Shown one piece after another: positions 55,701 through 64,000 of a stretch of 64,000 bases of DNA. The stretch's first letter is position 1. Every line of letters starts with the position of its first letter. Source of the stretch: Trichoplax adhaerens. Taxonomy: Eukaryota > Animalia > Placozoa. Both the position numbers and the translations under genes were made by a program. The DNA lies in NCBI RefSeq assembly GCF_000150275.1, contig NW_002060950.1:2875016-2939015 (forward strand), in the 5' to 3' direction. The notes under the pieces are model-generated. The model saw nothing but the letters and a program-made list of their open reading frames with translations. It searched no databases and was not told where the DNA came from.

Positions 55701-56102
55701 GATATATTCGTATGCTTTATATTTTATATTATATATCAAATAAATTAGTGCATGTAGATGCCCCTTGACAACAGTATACAAATACTAAAATTTGCAGCGG
55801 GTGACATTTGTTGAATTAATAATATCTTTTCTCCTATTTTGATAGGTTCCGGATATGGTACAGGAACTTATTTTGCTGTCAAAGCTCACCTTTCGCAGGG
55901 TTTTGGTGATTCCTTGTTACTAGTGCGTGTTCTAACAGGAATCTACGGCTCTTCAAGCGGCAGCGGTAGGCCAAATCTGTCTATTATTCCGGGAAGTCAA
56001 AATGAACGTATACATTCAGTGGTGGATAATACAAGCAGTCCTTCTATGTATGTTGTATCTAACGACAACTCTGCTTATCCAGAATATATTATTCACTTAT
56101 AA
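46746..56102 (+). CDS. PARP14: PARP14-like macro-PARP paralogue 2, apparently complete (RRM-like x2, KH-like, macro, degenerate macro, WWE, ART)
   Basis: Phase-consistent exons 46746-46759, 46873-46924, 48220-48311, 49483-49698, 49865-49958, ~50063-50133, 50450-52096, 53041-53236, 53358-53573, 53718-55149, 55358-55690 and 55846-56102. The first four exons are corroborated by paralogue 3. Motifs: ADVIVNS...AALFKAGG, SIAIPIIGTG, FDVKLNYEIEKNY, QLFHGT, YGTGTYFA, SAYPEYII. The symbol denotes the family. Confidence 0.9.
47085..47660. repeat. Intronic diverged tandem repeat, ~186-bp unit x3
   Basis: Anchor GATATTTA(T/C)TAAC at 47149, 47334 and 47521. Confidence 0.7.
52255..52950. repeat. Intronic diverged repeats (~4 copies)
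   Basis: A GCTTATG(G/A)AA...ATAAG(A/T)GTTG...AGTAAAT...TTTTTA motif recurs near 52257, 52407 and 52727, with a more diverged copy near 52880. Confidence 0.55.
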
Positions 56103-57672
56103 TGAATGAATCATTGAGTAACCATTCTACTTTGCCTATACGCGTAGTATCACGATTTAGGTTCAGCGATCATAATCTGCCTAAGTACCGGGCTGTTTAT
56201 TCGTTTATTTCTATCTTTGTTGACATGTTCATGTTACACTAGCTCTTCGTAGAAACTTGGTGAAATAATCTATATCATATCGCATTTAAATACGCTAATT
56301 GGATTAGATTACCGTATAATATCTGGATAAATATGAGACAATATTACTTTATTATATGCTGCTTGAGTACGATGTATATAATAGTATATGACAGTAATAT
56401 AAACCGGTACATAAGCTGTGATTAAAAATTAAGAGAATAAATTTGATGATTATTACAGATTCCAATATTGCGTATATGATTATTGCAAGATATTAAAAAA
56501 AAAACATATTCTCGTAATGTCAATTATTTTCAGTAAATAATGACTTAACTGATGGTCAAAATATCGAAAATGTGAAGATATTCGAGGTTGATACCTAATA
56601 GGGATTTACTATCCTAACATCGATACGAATTTATCTTGTATGCACACTGTACAGTATTGTACCTAAACACTTGTTGTATAATTCTGTGTTAAGAATAGGC
56701 ATGAGCTACTAGAAGAAGAAGACCTTAGGTCTTCTTGAAGTAGTGCATAGAATAGGTATCGCTCGGTATTCTCTATAAATATATTTGGAACAGTCAGGCT
56801 AATGTACACAAACATGTGACTAAACTTATCCGAAAATGTTTGTTGCTAATTCTTATTTTTTACTTATTAATTGCTATGTCATCGAATTATATTTATAAGT
56901 CTCTTGAAGTATGAACAGAAAATATTCAATTTGAATTCGGTAGTTCCGTATAATAATTAATTAGTGAACTACTACGGTAGTGAATTAATAATGGTAATTC
57001 TGTAAAACACTTATGATAATAATATCTACCATAATAATAAACACCTGCAACAAAGGGATTTTAGCTTCTTTAATAAGTGTAGTGCGACTGTGATGGGTTA
57101 GAATATCAGCTGCGACCTGGAATGAATTTATTTGGTCAAATTGACTGTCCTACTGCACATAATTTTACACCGTGTATTATTATTATTATAGTTTCAAAGC
57201 GCATAGCCACTGTAATTAGGAACAGCAACGCTTTATTAGCTTAATCATGACGAGAATATTCGAGATTATATTTATATGCTCTAGGAAATACTGGATTCAA
57301 TAATGGCTGAAATGATGTTGATTAATCATATTTTGGATATGATGAAGTGTATTATAATTTGAATACTAAGCCATGACTGAGTCGGTTTAAATTATCAAAC
57401 ACTATCGCATTCGTTGGCTATAAGCGAGTTATGATCAGCTCATTAATTCATAGGTTACAATGCTATCACAAACTAACGTAATCACGTAATCGTTCTATCT
57501 AGTAATAACACTGCAAAAGGTTGCATGAAACTCATTATCTGGCCAAGTTAGGACGATAATAATAGATTTGTCAATTAAATGAATTGATTGTACTAAAATC
57601 TAAACTGTTAGCGTGTCTTCAACATTATCATAACACCGCACAATTTAAAGATAAAAGCTGGAACATAATTCT

Positions 57673-57692
57673 TAACCCTAACCCTAACCCTA
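57673..57692. repeat. Interstitial (TAACCC)3 telomere-type microrepeat
   Basis: TAACCCTAACCCTAACCCTA is the reverse complement of the metazoan telomere repeat TTAGGG. Confidence 0.5.
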
Positions 57693-60641
57693 GCTTACAG
57701 ACTATAGTGATACAGCAATGTTTTGCTATATTTTCAAGCCGTTCCCTGACGTTTCCATCTAGCTTAGTGAACATTTTCGTAGTCATGGTGTGGAATTATC
57801 TAGGTTCATCACCACCTCACTGGTGCTGTTTCAATGTTGGTTATTATTAAGCTAGACAATCTTGTTTAATCCTTACGAGTACCAATTTACTATGTATCAA
57901 AACTCACCACGGAGTGAGAAGCCAGATGATACAGCCTATAATGCTTAGTACAACAAATATGCATGTTAGACCAAATCGAAAGGCAAAAAAGTTTTTCTAT
58001 GTGTTAAAATTGAAAATAATGTTGTCTTTAAACGATTAGTATTTCTGTTTGTAGTTAAAGTTTGGATCATTGTATCGGTCAATCAAAAGCTTATAGCTGT
58101 AATTTGCAATTTGTTGAACAGATATTCTTGACGATTTTTTCTAAATTACTTTATCACGTTAATAAATGTAGTTTGATCGATGGATAAGAGCCACATAGTG
58201 ATCGCCTTGAAGTAATACGAATACTTTGCTATACAGTATAATATAGTATGATCTGTAGTATATTGTCTTATGGAGCATTTTGAGTAGACTATAAAAAAAG
58301 TTGTTGGTGAATGCCGTGTGGAATTGTAAGTTACGGAGGTAGTTGGATCTGCACTAGTGCCTTCGAGCACCAAAGATTATAAAAAGGGTTATAAAAAGGG
58401 TGTTTTATTATCCTGTGAGGACTCCTTAACCTCCCTGATATCCAGTGATCGCATCAGCTGCAATTTTGCATTAAGATCATTACAGTTCCACTAAGAACAA
58501 AACATCAGAAAATGACATCAGCTTATTGATTAGAACCAGTTATAATTATATAACTGCGTTATAACTTAAAAAGGATACTTTTATATTATGTGCACCAGGA
58601 GTTTCTGACGAGACTATAAAAGGCTGGTGCCTGAAGATTCCTTTTTAGTTCGTTAGTCGGTTAGATAGTCAACTAGTTTTTCAATTGATATTTAATTGTA
58701 AAGACTATAATCTTGGGTGCCAAGATTCCTTCAGTAATAAAAGATAGTAAATCTCTGACTATCTTGTCTACATCATCTGTGACGCTATAATTATACCATA
58801 GTATTCGGTCGTTGGAACTGAATTATTTGGTGATATAGCTAATCTCGCCTCTTTAAGTTAGTAAGTGGCGTTCTCCGCAAGGATTGGCGTGTGTAGACTA
58901 CTTCGTCACTAGTGGTGTGTGACAAACTGCTAGGCTGAATAGATAATAATCAATTTTCCTTATTATTGTCTAATAGTAATTAGGATGGGATTGATGCTGT
59001 TGGATTTCAAATGGAATTTTTTGTTGAGGAATGATTTCATTTACTGCAGCTTATGTTGTATTGACGTTATGGTATTTATTGTTAATATAATAACTTACTT
59101 TAGCATTCCTTATCTAGATTTAAGGGTGGGTCGTTCTAAAATAGCGTTACAATATCGTAAAATCAATCCTTAGAATAAGGTGCTAGAGATCTTAGGTAGG
59201 CATAGAAGACTTGTAATTGTGATTAGGGCTAAAGAAATAGTAGGTGCGACTAAGATGTCCAATGGGATGATTTAGTTCTATTTACATTAATACTCTGTAA
59301 CCTTAGTGGGTAGAATTGTTACCCTTAGTCGAACCTTGGGGAACCATGTTGACTATTACGTAGTTCGCAATTTTATATTACAGTAAGATCCCGACGTCAT
59401 ACTGTAGACTAAAAACCTACTTAAGCGAGCTCATATCTAGTAAAAGACGTCATCTATGTGAAGTCAAAAGTGTCCTAATTATTGTGAATTTTGCTAGAAC
59501 TTGTGATAAGTAGTTCTCTATAACTCAACCAGACGTAAAATCTTGGGATTTAGTTTAATAATTAATACTTTTGTTTGCTAAACTTCTTCATAAATACCTT
59601 TGTCATTAGTGAGGTAGTGACAAATAGACAGTACTTAAGGCTGCTATATCTAAAATAAGAGAGAGCGAGAGAGGACAAGGAAGATTGTAGAATAGTTGAT
59701 TAGTTTCGATCTTAGATTGGATCATATTGCTCCTCGGTAACTCATCTGCTTTGGTTTAGTTTCGTGTTCAGTGGCTTGTTGGAAACCTTTTCATTTTTTA
59801 ACTCAATAAATTGGGTATACTGACGGATCGGTAAGATTAATCAGCTAGGCAGTAAACTATCATGGATCGTACAGTTCATTTTCATTTGAAAGGGCATGAT
59901 GACATCTATCAGTCGTTTTAGCTAATACTATTGCTATATGTAGATGTAGTATAGTATTTGCTTATTAGGATTTACGGTATAGAGTACTTAGATTGTGAAG
60001 TTACTTCCATTAATAGGTTTGCTACAATTTCAGTGTGTATTTTATTAAATATAAATAGATATTGCTACTTAAATGTGGTAAAACACACATTAATTATTCC
60101 ATATCTAAAGTAATTTCGGAAATGTATAAATACACGATTCTGATTGATCAATAAGCGATTCTCTATTAAACCTACTACCAATTACCAATTACCACGAACA
60201 TAACAACTATCATGATAGAAAAGTTACAATCTTGTTTTATCATCTCATTAGCTCAAATATATCAAGTACAACTATTGTTAATATTAATTATTTATGTCTA
60301 TGTGTAAATTGGATAAAATGCTTGAACTAGAATGGCAGCACTTGTTATGCCTTTCTCCTAATGGATCATCTGCGTGATTTCTTCAAATTTTACTCATTTA
60401 CATAGAATTCCGGAACTAATTCTTGGTACTAAATACTAAGAAAATCGACTTCGCTTATAAGTTTTGCACTAGATAGATCCGATTTAACAGGTTAATATAC
60501 TAATAAACATTGGCAACAGACTATACTGCTGCATTCGTAGATAGTAAATCAACAAAACTGCCACATTAATCAAATTTAATCTGTAAGAGCAGCTAGAGAA
60601 ATACAGCGACGTTTTCCCTTCATAGATTCAGAATTAAGAGT

Positions 60642-62510
60642 ATGGCATCTTCAAGGTAAAATTGCATTTCGTGCTATCTATACTCGTATATAGATTAATG
60701 CTAAATGAACCTGCCAAAATAGGCGAGAGATACTGAACGAAACTTTCTAATTTTTCAATATTTTAGTTTAAAATCTCACATAATATATGCTTGCGGAATT
60801 GAGAATCAATTTGTCGAGGTATTTAACGTATTTACTCTGACACAGAATAGTGTGTAGTAAAATAATTGCACGGTCTATGTCCACTTGGAAATCCGATGCT
60901 GCTTTCTACATGTTACTGATAGAGTTGCGTAATTATTGCTTTGTTGAAATATTGCTGAATTTCACGACTATCTATCTTGGCTATTTAAAATGAAAGTCAA
61001 TTATTGTAGCTTTAGACAATCTAAAGGTAACGCGACTTAAAAACTGAAAAAGAATTATTTATTCTACAGTATTTGCAGCTGTTTGTCGACTTTTTCATTT
61101 AAGGGATAAAGATAATTATTATTTCGTTGAAATATTGCTTAATTTCGTGTCTGTCCATGTTGATTGTTAAAAAATAAGCAAATTAGCGTTGCTTTCAGTT
61201 AGATGGCCTTAAGGTAGACTGTGTTCGTTAATGTTAGTATCCGGCAATTTTCTAAAATTTTTTTATTTGCATATAATTGTAGCAAACAATGCTGTACCTA
61301 ATTTTTTTTGAATTGATTATGATAAAGTGAATTAAAAATGTCATTTAGGTGCTGTTAGCTTATAGTACAATCTTTAACAGCTATAAATGAATGTAGTTAC
61401 ATGAGATAAAATTATTTGTTTCTCATTCAAATACGATCGCAACAATTTATCTTAAATTGCATCGGACAATTTTATAATGCTTTATTAATTTGTATATGAC
61501 TATTCTAATAAGTACTACCGTACCTAATCTCCCCTGAATTGATTGTGGAAAAGTGAATTGCGTATGCCATTTACAGCTATTAACTCATCGTGCAATATTT
61601 AACAACTAAGGCAGACAAAATGTTGCTACATCGGATAGAATTGGTTGCTTCTCATTCAATCTTGATTCTTCATGATAAAAATCAGTTTCATATAATATTT
61701 TAGATTGTTACAGACAGTTTAATTCTAGATAGTGAGCAAAAGTTTATCCATCGCGTAGGATAAAAGTCATATTTTGGATTAGCAATTATAAAATTAATCG
61801 TTTTCAGCGCTACTTTGTTTTAACCCGAACAAAAGTACAATTCTATCCTGATATTTAAATACATTATAAAACGTTAAATCGATCCATGATATGACTTTAA
61901 AACCATTGATCACTTTAATTTACATAGGACTTTAAAAAGGTAGTTATTCAATTGGCTCCAAACATCCAAATTGGTAGTTTTACCAATTATGTTTGTTCAA
62001 AAAAGAGAAACTGGAACTTTGTGTAAGTCATCGTGAATTTAAATACTACAATCGTCAAAAATCGATGAAAGTTCGCCCGTCTTAAATTCGTAATACTTAG
62101 TTTTTAAGTAACCTATGTTCCTATCCAGTCTAAGCTAAGTTACTGAAAATCAGAATGATTTAATTTTTTTGGCTACATGAGCTTCTATTTATACTCAAAT
62201 TCTGATTGCTTCTGCATAATTTATCGGACAAGATGTGGATTTTACATTCCCTAAGAAAAATGAGAACTTTTTACAATCTTGTCACTGTCATTAGGGAATT
62301 GCGGTTTTCTTCGGAGAAAGACGGCGTTCAGTTAAAAGTACAGCTAACTGGTTTAAAGATTAAAGAGAGTAAACTTCCTTTAAGACTGTTTTGGCCAGTA
62401 GAAATGGATAACAGCAAACGCAAGCAACTGAATTATGACGTTTCTAAGCAACTAGCACAATTAGGCCGTAAAACTTATGGCTGTTACTACGATAGAAACA
62501 TTGAAGAAAA
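60642..62510 (+). CDS. PARP14-like paralogue 3, first four exons only (60642-60655, 60767-60818, 61928-62022, 62295-62510)
   Basis: MASSSLKSHIIYACGIENQFVEDFKK...NWNFVELRFSSEKD...WPVEMDN...YYDRNIEE aligns exon for exon with paralogue 2, with the same intron phases. It is followed by an N gap and the repeat element. Confidence 0.8.
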
Positions 62511-62867
62511 GTAGGTTGAGTTGAACGTTATACCCTACCTTTTAAATTTATAAATACCTATGAGTATTTCTCTGTTTACTTCACTGATATATAATTAGAA
62601 ATATTTTACTTTGATACTCGCATAGATTATAAAAAATTGAATTATTAAGCTTATATCATTCAAATGTAATATGTGGACAATATTCTGTCACATATCGATC
62701 ATATAGAANAGCAGCGGCTTCCAGGCTTTTGGACAAAGCTCAATTTAAACGCACGGAAACGGCTATTAACATATTTAACATTCCTACATCGATTAATAAA
62801 GTCAGTTAAGCTTGCTGNNNNNNNNNNNNNNNNNNNNNNNNNNNNNNNNNNNNNNNNNNNNNNNNNN

Positions 62868-64000
62868 CATGGCTATTTATTATAATACATCTTAAAAATG
62901 ATGACGGAAGCACTTTTGTTGGAGGACGCCAATTAGGGATGAACAAGTCGAGTGCAAAATTAATGTCATCTTACAACAACTCGTTAGACAAACAAGGGGT
63001 GACAAATTATTTGGCAGCCCTAGTCGTCAAAGAAAGAAATGGGGTCTTCAACTCACTGGATATCGTGTATCCTTCCGTCGCTTTTTACCCGAAATTCCGC
63101 CTTGTCCAGACTAGCAACAGTATAGAAATGGCGAGATTTCGGGTAAAAAGAGGGACGGCGACGAAGGAGGGAAAGTTGCCTAGTTCCTAGCGTCGATTAG
63201 TCCAGCGCGCGTTACTTGAACTCTACTGTACTGTACTGTATACACACGTTTTTCTTCATACTGTACCTCAAGGGTGCTCTAGTCTGAAGACTATAAAGTT
63301 GGAGGGATAGTCTGTGAAAGGATTGATTCTAGTCAGAAGACAAAAATAGAGTCATGAACTGAAATAAAATATCGGTACTGTACCGTACATATTGTACAGT
63401 ATGGTGGTCAGGGACGAAAAGAAAGAAAGAAAGATGGATATGCCAGCGCAACCTTTCTGCTTTTCTTCCTAGATGCGTGTAACGGACAGACAACTTCCCA
63501 GAAGCGCTACACTACTGATCTAGAGAATGGAATCCATCCCTGATATACTGAGCGTGATCCTTTTCGTTTTAGATAAATCAACGCTAATGTTTTGCGACAT
63601 TTTGTGAACGAAATTCATCAAAATTGTTATGTGTGGAAAGAAGAAGCTCTCATAAACATGCCTGTATAATTTATTTTTGTGAAATAAATGATTTCAATTC
63701 GTTTTTTCACGATTTATGGTGTACCGTTATTCTTGTAAAAATCGCCATTGTACAGTACTGTATTGTATTGTAACTGTAGCATTTCTAGCAGTCTATCCAA
63801 CAATACAGTACGCATACTCGTACTTCAAATCAAGGGGGGAATTGCATAATATCCAAAGGTATTTCCTTCATTTTCCCTTAAATTATTCAATAAATTCAAT
63901 CAAAACTTCAATAATGAATTGATTAATCGAGCACTTGCAAGGCAGTGGATGCAAATAATATGCAAGGCTTGTATAGAACATCCAATATTCTCCATCCAAG
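62868..64000. mobile_element. Repeat element copy C (partial)
   Basis: Essentially identical to copy A 29396-30323, then continues with the tail seen in copy B (~32848-33052). Confidence 0.8.

Noticed and set aside
56200-60500. Short hydrophobic ORFs between PARP paralogues 2 and 3
   Set aside because: No recognisable domain; lengths are consistent with chance in AT-rich DNA.

Overview
AT-rich animal genomic DNA with GT-AG introns and two 50-N scaffold gaps. The compact genes and gene content are suggestive of a placozoan (Trichoplax-like); this is inference only. In order, the window holds: (1) a 3-exon PKA type II-like regulatory subunit gene (+); (2) two adjacent intronless minus-strand genes for secreted, tandem-repeat peptide precursors, one with 7x QQQKTSFDWDDAYQ-GK-type units and one with 11x GPGTPLL(ESR) plus a Gly-terminated tail, which is the most interesting signal here; (3) a multi-exon 3xRRM + 3xTudor gene with degenerate aromatic cages (-); (4) a decayed haem-peroxidase-like remnant split by a ~6 kb non-coding repeat array with Helitron/Helentron-like features, a further copy of which sits at the window end; and (5) a cluster of three PARP14-like (RRM-KH-macro-WWE-ART) paralogues. 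Exon boundaries were assembled by eye from splice consensus, reading phase and paralogue alignment. No database searches were run.
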